DNA from: a virus
Taxonomy: Duplodnaviria > Caudoviricetes
Length of the DNA stretch: 52,701 nucleotides
IMG/VR virus record: IMGVR_UViG_3300023210_000044
Location: 1 to 52,701 of that record
Strand: one strand, 5' to 3'
Below the pieces are notes generated by a model. It worked only from the letters and a program-made list of their open reading frames with translations, did no database searches and was not told where the DNA came from. Positions 26,714-38,400 of this stretch are shown here, piece after piece (within the stretch, counting starts at the first letter, position 1; each line of letters starts with the position of its first letter). Both the position numbers and the translations under genes were made by a program.

Positions 26714-27423
26714 TGAAACCACATGAAATAGAACGCTCTTGCTTCATCACATTGAAGCGTCACGACAGGACTCGATTGCCTGAGTTCATCGGTCGCATTG
26801 ATGCGCTTAACTTGTCGTGGCTCACGCGGAGCATCATCATCAAGTTCGACGCGATCGATGGTGAACAATGCACGCCGCCATGGTGGTGGACATCAACGGG
26901 TGGTGCGTGGGGCTGTTACATGTCTCACCTCCGTGTCCTTGAGAAGATGATGAGCAACAAGAACGCGTCCGTCATCATCTTTGAAGACGACGCTTTCTTT
27001 TGTGATAACTTCAATGATGAGATGGAGACGTACCTTGAGCATCTGCCAGACGACTGGGAGATGGCGTACCTTGGCGGCCAGCACATCGTGGTGCCGACGA
27101 AGGTGAACGACTACGTGTCGCGGGCCAAGGACGTGCGGGGCACCCATGCGTACATGCTGCAGGGTGATGGCATCATGAAGTTGTACCAGCACCTGACTGA
27201 TTTTGTCCGGCTGGCCATTCATCATGACTTGCGGCTTAACGCAAGGCGGTCGAAAGAGGCTATCATGCCAAGTGTATTTCCGCGAAAGCAACTGGACGAA
27301 TGGATAGGTGAGCTGGTAGGGAGTGGGAATATCAAAGCGTATGCACCGATGGGCTGGATGGTCGGTCAGGTCGGTGGCGTATCGTCAGTCAGCGGCGTCG
27401 AGAAGAAAACTTACATAGGATAA
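26713..27423 (+). CDS. Glycosyltransferase family 25-like
   Basis: ITLKRHDRTR, GAWGCYMSH, IIFEDDA, DWEMAYLGG and GTHAY motifs. Confidence 0.88.
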   Translation: MKPHEIERSCFITLKRHDRTRLPEFIGRIDALNLSWLTRSIIIKFDAIDGEQCTPPWWWTSTGGAWGCYMSHLRVLEKMMSNKNASVIIFEDDAFFCDNFNDEMETYLEHLPDDWEMAYLGGQHIVVPTKVNDYVSRAKDVRGTHAYMLQGDGIMKLYQHLTDFVRLAIHHDLRLNARRSKEAIMPSVFPRKQLDEWIGELVGSGNIKAYAPMGWMVGQVGGVSSVSGVEKKTYIG

Positions 27424-27427
27424 TGCT

Positions 27428-29269
27428 ATGACTAACACTTACAGTAAGGCAAATGCGTTGGGTGCGCCGCTGAGTTTAAGAACCGCAAAGCGCAACCGAA
27501 GGGACGCCAACAATAAGCGGGAGATCAATAAGATAAAAAACATAGGAAGCTCGAAGGTCATCCCAGCCTCTCGGGGAGCATCGGGCGATCAGGGGGCGAC
27601 CGGATTTAAAGCAGGTATTGACCCCTCAAAACTAGTGGGTTCTCTGCAAAGAAAGCCTAAGCCTAGAGGGCCGAAGAACTCTTCAGCAGCAACCATGACG
27701 AAGGATAAAGCCCCGACGAAATTGCAGCAATTAGACAAGAAGCTTGGCGGTTTGAAACGAACGCCAAAACAGCAGGCCAAGATTGATAAAGACAAGAGGA
27801 AGGTTAACGTGACCGCAAAGCCAACGCTGCAGAGGACGGGGTTTGGCATCACGAAGAACGTCCCTGAAGATTTTAAAAACCGAACGATCCATTCACCTGA
27901 AGCAGGTATGGACTCGGATGAAAGCCTTGCTGAAAAGCGGGAGGCAGATCGTCGGAGAGTGTACGAGCTGGCTGGCATGAAAGTGCCAGCTAAATCCAAG
28001 ATCAACCAGCCCGGCTCAACAGCCAAGCCTTCACTCCGCAAAGGGAAAGGCAGCGGGAAGAATCCGACATCACTCCGCCATCAGAACTTCGTAGCAGGCG
28101 GTGGCTTTACTGGCTATGACGGAACCCAGTATGCGTTTCAGGTGGACGATAAAGCAAATAGAATGAACTCCACGACTGGGGCGCACCTGAAAGATACTGC
28201 CCGGATGATTGAGCGAAGAGGTGCGCTCAACTCGCTTGGTCGTGGCGAGTCGTGGGGTCAAGGTCGAGAGAGGCTGCTGGCGGCTGGAGCCAGTGAGCAG
28301 GAAGCCAGAGCCATTCTCGGGCCAAACAACGACCCTGCCCAACCTCCAAGCGATGCAGCTCAAGCTGTCTACAACGCACCGTATGGCAGTGCCCCATCGA
28401 ACGTGAACCGTGACGAGTTCGCTGGTGCGAGAAGCGAGTCAGCGGGTAGCGAGTTCGATCGAGCTGGACTCAGTGGCACGAACGAAGCTGGCGAGCAGAC
28501 CGGCCTGACTCGCAACGACATTATCCAGCACATGAACCAGAGCAAGGTCAACGGTGTCAACACCATGACCTACGCTCAGGCCAAGCAGGAAATTTACAAC
28601 AAGAACATGGGGGCACAGGGTGATGCAGAAGCACAGCGACACACCGCTATGCAGAACATCCTTTACGAGAACAAGACGATGGCTGAGATCAAAGCACTGA
28701 CAGCTGCGGCTGCCAGACAAGATCAGCATACCAAGGCACTCATTGCTGCTGGTGCTGACCCGTGGGAAGTGTACAAGACTGGCCTGCAGTCTGCTGATCC
28801 CAAGGTGCGATACGCAACAGCGCTTAAGATGATGGAGTTTAGCAAGACTAACTTCGCCGGATCACCAGACAAGCAGCGTGAGTTCGACGATCTAACGAAG
28901 GACGTTGCGTACATGGAGCGGCGAATCCAAGACAAGTTGGATGACATTGATACCGCAACCACCAAGTACAAAGCAGACTACCCCGGAGCCTCTGAAAAGG
29001 ATGTGGCTGCTCATGTCGCCCATTTGCAAAAATCTTTAGAGGGGTTAAGGGGAAGGAAGTCTGGGTACTTGAAAGACATGAACAAGCTCAAGAATCTTCA
29101 TGATCAGGTGCAGTCGAAATCGGAAGCGGGGGCCGAGGGAAAAGCGGAGGCGAAAGAGGGGGCCGAGGGAAAAGCGGAGGCGGGCAAGACCCCGCAGAAG
29201 AAGGTGGTTCACGACGGGTCGGTTCCCAAAAGCCTGCGGCCCCAAAAGGAAAACAAGAAGAAGAAATAG
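27428..29269 (+). CDS. Probable internal virion/ejection protein; possible -1 frameshift extension to 29487
   Basis: 613 aa with a Lys-rich N-terminus, just upstream of the giant protein; in-phase G GGA AAA at 29137 and 29167. Confidence 0.7.
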   Translation: MTNTYSKANALGAPLSLRTAKRNRRDANNKREINKIKNIGSSKVIPASRGASGDQGATGFKAGIDPSKLVGSLQRKPKPRGPKNSSAATMTKDKAPTKLQQLDKKLGGLKRTPKQQAKIDKDKRKVNVTAKPTLQRTGFGITKNVPEDFKNRTIHSPEAGMDSDESLAEKREADRRRVYELAGMKVPAKSKINQPGSTAKPSLRKGKGSGKNPTSLRHQNFVAGGGFTGYDGTQYAFQVDDKANRMNSTTGAHLKDTARMIERRGALNSLGRGESWGQGRERLLAAGASEQEARAILGPNNDPAQPPSDAAQAVYNAPYGSAPSNVNRDEFAGARSESAGSEFDRAGLSGTNEAGEQTGLTRNDIIQHMNQSKVNGVNTMTYAQAKQEIYNKNMGAQGDAEAQRHTAMQNILYENKTMAEIKALTAAAARQDQHTKALIAAGADPWEVYKTGLQSADPKVRYATALKMMEFSKTNFAGSPDKQREFDDLTKDVAYMERRIQDKLDDIDTATTKYKADYPGASEKDVAAHVAHLQKSLEGLRGRKSGYLKDMNKLKNLHDQVQSKSEAGAEGKAEAKEGAEGKAEAGKTPQKKVVHDGSVPKSLRPQKENKKKK

Positions 29270-29459
29270 CGGTTGACCACCCTGCGGCAAGAACGCTCGC
29301 GACTCTTGCGGCAGAGAATGATATAAACACTCCGGTAACACCGTCAATGGCAAAGACGATGAGGCTCAAGCCCGGCCATCAGATCGATGTGGACGGCGTT
29401 ATAATGTATTACAATCCGGCCAGCAAGCCCGGAAAAGTTAAGCTCTTTACTGAAGACGA

Positions 29460-32400
29460 GTGGATCACATGGCAGAACAGACGCTAAATACAGGTTCGCA
29501 GCAGGACTGGCTCCGGTCTAACAATGTGCGTCCGCAGCAGCCTCAGCAGCAGCAGCAAGCTGACCCCAGCGAGGTTGGCATAGACCTGAACTCGGTGACC
29601 AACAAGCGTGATCATGCCCTTGATCGCGATTGGCAAACGCTGGCCGACAGCACGCAGCAGAAGGGTCGCACTGCAAGGTTCAATGATCCTGAACTAAGAG
29701 AAACAATCTTGGGCTTTCGTGGCAAGACAGTCCGTCTCGCCGAGAAAGAACTTAAGCGTCATGACAACATCGTGGATCAGGGATATGAAGCAAGCGTAGA
29801 GCCGGGCGTGTATGTGACGGACGCGGGTAGAAAAGAGTGGGAGTACAAGAACGAAATTAAAAGAGGCTGGTTGCAAGCGGGTATCGGTCTGCTCAAAGAA
29901 CAAGATCCATACCGCCAGCACTTGAAGCTGGACGACGAGCTTGAGGACGACGACCTGCTGGGATTGCCAGAAAAGAAAAAGTCGCAGCTAACACAAAAGA
30001 CGACGGGCAAGTTTGAGGATGTGGAATGGGAAGAGGAGGAAGATGAAGACGAGAAGAACCTGTTTAACCAAAACATGACAGGCCGTGAATATGTAGTCGG
30101 GCACGGCATGCGTAGTGGCCCCACCTCGACGACTCGCCAGACAAGAGCGGCGTTGAAAAAGGTGGCAGAAGAGCATGGCGAAAAAGGAACTGAAGAGTAC
30201 TACAAGCTTGCTGGTGAAATCCCCGGCATGGCCGAGATCAATGGCGTTAAAAAGCTAAAGATGAACGACCAGCCGGTCTTAAGAAAGCCCGAGCCTGAAG
30301 GCTATCAGGTCCAAGCGAAGTACGAACGGAACGACAATGCGAGGCAGGGTTCGACTGCAATAAAAATCCGTGACGCCTATTGGCAGCCCGACGAAGATGC
30401 TGCCAAGCGAAACCGTGCTCACGAAAAGCGATACGCATTGCAGATGGGGCGATGGCTGTACGGCCAGAGCTTTGTCGCGTCAGCAAAGACGGCGATGCTT
30501 CAAGGCGACATTAAAAAAGCCAGAGCATACATGGAAGTTGCGCGGGCAGTGAACCATTTGCAAGATGGGTTCCATGCTGATTCAGGTAGCCCGAGGGTAC
30601 AGAGCGTAGTTAACGCGATCGGTGCGGACGCAATGGAGAAGAAGGCGTGGATGTTGTACCACGGCACCGTGGACGACGAAGGCAAGATGACCGCCGATGG
30701 GTACAAGCAGAAGACTGAAGAGTTTGATCGCGAGAACCGTGACCGCGTAGGCCAGATGACGGACGGCGAAGACAGGATGCATTCGATTAAGCGTGCGATT
30801 TACTCGTTCGCTCAGGTGTTCCCTGAGGGATATGCCGCTGCATTGGAATCAGCTGATCAGATATTGCAGCATTACTTTAACACTGGCAATAATTGGTCGG
30901 CGGAAGAGTCCGCGATGTACAACGCGCTTGGTGGGTCTTGGCTATCCAAGCAGCAGGGTAAGTTGGACCAGAGCGCAAACGCTGGCGACTTCTACGTAGA
31001 TCAAGTCCCAGCTATGGTCGGCGCACAGCTGGCGTTCTTGGCGTCAGGTGGTATCGCTGGGAAGCTTAGCAAGGGACTGAAGCTCGGCTTGCAACATAGC
31101 AAACTCCTTCAATCAGTAGCGATGGGCACGGCTGGTTCCGGCATGTCGTACAAGTCCATCAGGGACGAATGCATTGCCATGGGTGGCACGCAACAAGAGG
31201 CTGAGGGCATGGTCATCTGGGGCGTGCTGTCTGGTATGACTGAGGCTGTTCCGCTGGCCGTCAAGTACAAGGGCATGGGCAATCTGACGGAAGCGATCGC
31301 AGGCATGGGCAAGGGGTTCAAACGAACTCTGCTTAGCCGCATCAAAAGTGCGGGTACAGTTGCTGCGATAGAGATCCCGAAGATCTTTTCAGAGACCGTT
31401 GAAGAATGGGGCCAAGAAGGTATCCAGCAGTGGATCCACAATGTGGGTGCATCGACAGTCTACGATGTCATGCGTCAGCTTGACGAAGGTGTGAAGGAAT
31501 CAGCAGCTATGGGTGCGTTGTTCGGTGGTGTGTTCCAAGGTCTCCACTCCGGTGCCCATGTCGGTGTCACCGCGTTCATGAACCAGAGGATCAAGTCGCC
31601 AGACGACACACAAATAACTAACGAGATCCTTGCTTACATGCACGGTGGGCAAGAGGCTGTTGATGCGATGCGGAAAGCGGGAATGTCTGATGGTGATATT
31701 TACTCGACGCCCCCCGGGGAGGCCGCCAAGGCCGCGTCCGATTCCGCAAGAGCCGCAAGAAAACAACTCAGGGCATTAGAGGATGATGTTGCAGCTAAGG
31801 ATCAGGCTAAACAGGACGCGATGAGCGAACTGCAAGATGGTGATGCAAACGAATCTACACCTGAGTCAAAGGCGAGGTATCAAAACTTTAAAGCAGCGGA
31901 AGCTTCTGCGAACGAGGCTCGTGCCAAGCACAATGAGGCCAAAGCTGCGCCGCAGAAGGCTGTCGATGAAGCCGAGGCCAAGCTTAAAGAAACAAAGGAA
32001 GCAGCAGAAAAAGATCCCCGCCATGCAGCGGTGGTTCAGGCGTTCGACACTGCATCCAACGAGGTGGATGCCCTTGAGAAAGAGATCGCTACCGCAGAGA
32101 AGACGAGGAACTTTAACAAGGGTGGCGACACCAAGGCGTTGGATAAAAAGCTAAAGGATCTTTACGGCAAGCGAGATGATGCCCAGTCCCGTAAGGATGC
32201 TGCGGAGAAGATAAGCAAAGAGTTCCTTGAGCATGCAACCAAGCCCGCTAAGGCTGAGGTGGCAAAAGCTAATGACGCATTGGCTCGTGCTGAAGCACTT
32301 ACCAGAGGGAAGAGTATTGACGACCTCGTCAAGCCCAAGAGCAAGCAGCCAGCAGGATTGAAACGCAACAAAGACCTGAACGATGCTGGCAAGGAGTACG

Positions 32401-35400
32401 GCGGTTCATCCACAACTGTAACACCAACGCGGACAGGTACTGGTGGGCAGACAACGCAAGCTGCCAAGGCCGACAAGGCTAAGGATAAGGCGATCAATGA
32501 TGCTGCTGCTGCCAAGCAGACGGTAGAGGAAGCTGCTGCGGAAACAGAGAGGCTACGGCTAGCTGCCCATGCCGCAGTGGACGCGTTAGAGCAAGAAGAT
32601 GTGGATGCGGACGAAGACGCATACACCGCTGCATATGACGCCGCACAAGAGGCAGTGGACGCACAAAATGCTGCCCGTGACCTAGAGGCGGTCATGAGGA
32701 ATAACGCCCAAACCAAGGGGCGTGTCGAGGGCAGCCAACAGAAGGGTGACAAGCGAACCAAGGCTCGCAAGCTCAGCGACATCGTAGCTGATGTTGACCC
32801 GCTGTCGTACCTGCGAAAGGATAGCGAGAAGGCCAGCGACCAAGAAGAAGATTACGACGTGGACCTTGGTGAGACCGAGACTGAAGCTCCCATCACCATA
32901 GACACCTCGATTAAAGTGGCATTGGCAAAGTCCCAACTAGCTGCTGCAGAAAAAGCGTTCGCTGATGCGGTGGGCGAGAATGATATCAACGCGGCTGAAA
33001 AAGCACTCAACGATGCTGAGTCCGCACTTGCTGCGGCTGAGGCGGCTCACGATAAGGCGAATCCTACTGAGTATGTAGACACAGATACAGGGGAAACGAT
33101 CGAGATCAAATCAAAAGCAAGCAATGGTTGGCTCATTGTTCGTAATGGAAAAACTGAGTTGGTGAAAGACCTCAACTACATGACGCGAGGTGAGTACGAA
33201 GCGAACAAGAAGCAAGAAGCTGATGAAGCAGCGATGGAAGAAGCGAAGCAAAAGAAAGAGGACGAGCTGGCAGAGAATGACATTGAGGTGTTGTGGTACG
33301 ACGACGAGAAGGGTGTCATGTTTGTTAAGCACCCTCCTACCAAGAAGAACCCAGATGGCAAGATTGAAGAGATGCCCAATGTCTTTGCCGACAAGCCACG
33401 CACGCAGTCTAAGTTTACTCGCGGCGAACTGAAGCGAGCGAAGAAAGCATACGACCAACTCAAAGAAGAAAACGCAACGCGACAAACTGAAGAAGAGTTC
33501 AACGCTGCCAAGGCCAAGTCGGGTGCGACTGCTGCACGTCAGGCTGAGCTGGAACGATTCAAGAAGTTCATGGAGAAGGCGATACTCGCCTTCCTGCCCA
33601 AGGGATCGAAGTACAACGCAGACGATCGGGTCGTTACCTTGCCCAACGGTAAGACGTTCGATGTCGAGTACTCGCTGGAAGAGGATCTCATCAACGGCAT
33701 CTCTGGAATTATCTCAACCCCCGGCAGTGACCTCAGCTCGCTTATCGCTTCGATCTATGGCCAGAACAGCAGGGCTGATTTAGATCTGGCGAAACTTCCT
33801 CTTACCAGTGAGGAGTTTAGCAAGCTGCCTGACGAGGAGCAGCGATCCAAACTGATGCGACTGTTCGGTCCTAATGGTGCGGGCGGTAGGACTGGTGGTC
33901 ACTGGGACGGAGCGAAAGTAACCACGATCACTACAGCGGATGGGGCGAAGACTGTCCTTACTGGCCGGTTGTATACCGCACTGCCTGTAGGTAGCAGCAC
34001 GAACATCGCCGCCTTCGACAAAACCTTCGCCGTCCTCCGCGAAGAGATCGGTCACGCTGCAATACAACTGATGCCCATGAGTCAAAAAGACAGAAAGCGA
34101 ATGGGTAAGATCTACGGTAAGAAGGGCGTGTTTGACAAGGAGGCTGAAGAGGCATTCCTTGAGGACGCCGTCCGTTACCACGCAAGAGGCGTGCATGAAG
34201 GCGGCTTCCTCAAGAAAACATTCGACAAGATGTTCAGCATGGTTGAGACTTTGCTAAACATCGGTAGGCCGTCAGCACTGCGAGGCCGTGCAGCAACACG
34301 TATCGCGATGCGCAATCTATGGGGACCGTCACACTCTGAGCCTGCCAGCCAGCCTACCGTTGCCTCTTCCCTTGCTAATCAAGAGCAGGATCTGATTAAC
34401 CAAACGAAGCACAACATCAGGCTCAGCAAGGCAGAGCTGGACACGCTCAAGTTTGATGAAGATGACATGCTTGTGGGTGACGCGTCTCCCAAGGTCAAGA
34501 AAATACTTGATGAAGAGCGAAAAGATTTCATCGAACGTAACAAAAGCAAGGGACTGCAGGCACCTAACGACAGGCACTTGCTTGGTGCGGGCGGATTGTT
34601 TGGTGGTGCAGCTGGAATCAAAAGAAACTATGGGTCACCCACATCAATCGTTGCGGGTGACTTCCAGAAGGCACCGGGCGATCGCGCTAGGTTGAACCCT
34701 CTACTCAAAAAGCCCAGCTCGTTTACAGATGAGCAATGGGAAGCGAAGATCCAAGAAGTAGCGGACGAGCTGGACGCTAGGTACAACGTCGATCTTTCCT
34801 TAATGACATGGATGGTCGGGAACGTGCATACCCCGTTCTACGAGACAGCCCAAAAACTTGACAGTTCGGACGAGCCCGGTGGCAGGAACCGCATGAAGGA
34901 ACGTCTGGCGGATCTGATGCCCATGGTGTTCGATCCTGACTACTACATGAAGAGTGACCCGATGCCCGGCACGCCAGAGACAGGCATGTACAGGGAAGGG
35001 GGTGGCCTCTCTGGAACCTTAGACCTGATGGAAGTCATGACTCCTGATGTGAGGGACAAGTGGGTCACAAAACCTTGGTTTAATCCAAGCGGATCGGCCA
35101 AGATGTATGAGCCCGGTAGCGTTGAGCTTGAACCATCAAATGATTTTGATAGGTTCTCCAACAGGCTGTTGAAAGAATCTATCTTCACTATATTCCAGCA
35201 AGGTTTGCTGGCGGGGTCTGGACCATTTGAGAATGATTATCCGGGATTTCTGAAATCAATTAAGTTTGATTTGTCCAAATTTGTTTGGACAAATATAAAC
35301 AAGTTCCTTGATAGCCAAGGGACAGGTGCCTTTGGTAATGACTCTTACTTCCGCGTCATTGCCGAGATGAATGCCCACATGCCAGACCTTCTTAGGAAGG

Positions 35401-38400
35401 TCACTGGCGAAGATGATGCCAGCCGCGCTAAGTTGCTGCTGCAATTGACCAGAGGAAAGGGTGGTGCCCCCGCCCCTCTCGATTACTCCAATCCGTTGAA
35501 ATATATAGCGAATGCGGCGACGCCCATGCACCATCTGGGCAAGATTACAGGGAACGACAAGAAGAGCATAGGGCTAACGAGGTGGGAATCAGATAAGCAG
35601 AAGGAGATTGACAACCAGAAAGCACATGACAAGTCAGAGGCGATATTGCAAGCTGCGGCGAAGGAGAGGGTTGATGCTTGGATCCTCAAGGAGTCCGAGC
35701 TGATGACGCCACAGATGGAGAAGGATTTACTGCAGCGTAAGCCTGCCGAGGACGAGCAGGCTAGGGGCTGGTTCATGCCATGGTCAGTAAAGGTAGGGGA
35801 GTGGGTAAAAAGTGCGCCGACCGATGGGCCTGATGGCGACCTCGCTGTATCAAAATGGGAGAGGGTGACTGAGACCATCAGAACAGGGTGGGATGAAGAT
35901 GCTCAAGAGTCAATATGGAATATCCGCACGAACGTAACCGACCAGCTCTTAAAAGAGACAGGTACAGACTATTCGTACGAAGGGATACCGTCAGAGCTGA
36001 ATGAAATGCTAAGTATGCCTGTCACGGTGTACTCGCCAGCGTCCGAAGAATATCTTGCCACCGCAGCGAAAGAGCTGGAGAGAAAATACAGGAAGCGGGC
36101 AGAGCAGATGGGCATCCCGTTCTCCTCTTTCATGCACGGCTTGATGTACAAGTTCGTATCGAACGTAGACACCACGAGCAGTGAGTTCCTCGATGGTTTC
36201 TACGGGCGGAACAATCCGCTGACTGACGAGAACGGTGAAGCCACCGTGATGTACCGAGGCGAAGAGGAAAAGGGCGTCGCCCTCCCTCGTGTGGACTTTA
36301 GGAATGCTCCTCAAGGTATGATTTTCTTGACGAACCGCGTCACGAAAGCGGCGACCTACACGCGTGAGTACTACGACAGAGGTTTGGATCCTAAAGATGC
36401 GATAGGTCCGCAGGCTGAAGTCCATATCTATCCCGAAGGCCACCGCTATGCTGGACAGCGGGAGAAGCATTCGATGGAGTGGTTCGCGAATGATCCCGGC
36501 AAACGAATACTTCAGTTTGACGAAGATACGAAGGAGATGCTTGATCCTAATTTTGAGTTCAATCGAGGCCAGATCCTGCCCATGTATATCGGGTGGAAAA
36601 GACCATTGATAATAGAGGCTGCTGGTGCTGACTACAGTCAAGTCCCCACCCCTGAGATATTCTTCCACCAGAGGATCACCGAGAAAGAATACAAGGAGCT
36701 TGAAAAAGCTGCTAAGTTTAACCACGGCTACGATGCGAAACCTATGGGCGGGTCAGAGTATCTCATGTCCCGAGAGAAACCCGGTCATGAATCCATGGGC
36801 ACTGACGACGTGCTCAGGATGCTGGTCATGTACAACAATCTTCAGACATCAGAGGATGCAAAGTACGACGGCGTTCTTATCAACAACCTAGTAGACGAGA
36901 TGCATGCTGGCTGGTCTCAGCCAGCTCAGGTTGCAATTGTCCCTGTAGAGTATGCCAAGAACTTGAAGTCCGCTTCAGGCAACACGACCTTCGACAAAGA
37001 GACGACCCACCCTGATCACACCCTGTACAACATCCGCCTACCTGAAGCTGTCAGTGAACTTGAATACGTCAGTGAACTTGGCGGGTCCACGGGTGCGATA
37101 CTCATGGAAGATGACGAGGGCAAGAAGTACGTCGTCAAGCGAGGCAATAGCTACGAGCATGTTGAAGACGAGTACGCCGCCGAGGTCATGTACCGCGAAG
37201 CCGGTATCCAAGTGCCGCCATCTACCCTCGTGTATGACGACGAGGGCCCAGCGAAGATCTCGCTTTACCTTGGTAACACGAGGGAGATTGGTCGCCTCTA
37301 CGGTGACGAACTTGCGAAGGCAAGGAAGGCTGTTCAAAGCAACATGGCAGCTGACGCACTGTTTGCCAACTGGGACGTTGTAGGTATGGGCGGTGACAAC
37401 ATCCTTGTCGATACAGAAGGCACGCCATGGCGTGTGGATGTCGGCGGATCGCTACGCTACCGTGCCCAAGGTGGGCCTAAGGGTGAGATGTTCGGCGATG
37501 TTCCCGGGGAGCTTAGATCCCTACGTGAGATGAACGAATGGTTTAGCGACATGACTGACGCTGATGTCATCAAGTCACTGGACAAACTGATGGCCCGCCG
37601 CGAAGTGATCCTCGACTCGATCGAAGACCCCGACGTCCGCGAAGTCATGGCCCAACGATTCAAGAATGCCGGTGATGTGGTTGGCAAGAAATACAACATC
37701 GACTTAAGCCACAAGAAGGAAGCCTTTGGTGGTGTCCTCATGAACAGTGACGGCAAGGTCTTGCTCCGCGAACCCTCCAACCACTTCGGTGGCTACGCTT
37801 GGACCTTCCCCAAGGGCCGTCGCGATCCCGGTGAGACGCCAGAGCAGGCAGCACTCCGCGAAGTCAAAGAAGAGACAGGCTACGACGCCAAGATTGTCGG
37901 CACGATCGAGAAGGGCTTTGAAGGCGATACCACGGTGACGAAGTTCTTCAAGATGGAAGTCGTCGGCGAGCAGGGTGAGACAGACTGGGAGACCAACGCG
38001 ACAGGTTGGTTCACGATTGATGAAGCCAAGGCCAAGATAGGCGAGTCACCTAACGAGGCTGGTCGCGACCGTGACCATGACATCTTGAACCATGCGTACG
38101 GCAAGGGCGATGCCAAGTACAACGTCGATCTCGGTATTCGTGTGCCAGCCAGCTTGCGAGGTCAAGAGACGATGGCGACCAACCCATATGTAAGCGTGCC
38201 TGTTGTTGCTATCCCCAAGGATCGGCCTGATCAATTTGTATCCTACCTGCGGGCTGCTCAATCACACTCGGCGAACACGCCAAAGGGCTTCGAGGGTATA
38301 TCCGCGTTGAGATTCATGGCCCTTAAGGAGGGCGGCTGGGTGGTATGGGATTATGAGAATGGAGACCATGATGATGTTGCTGGCTCCAGAGAACATAAGG

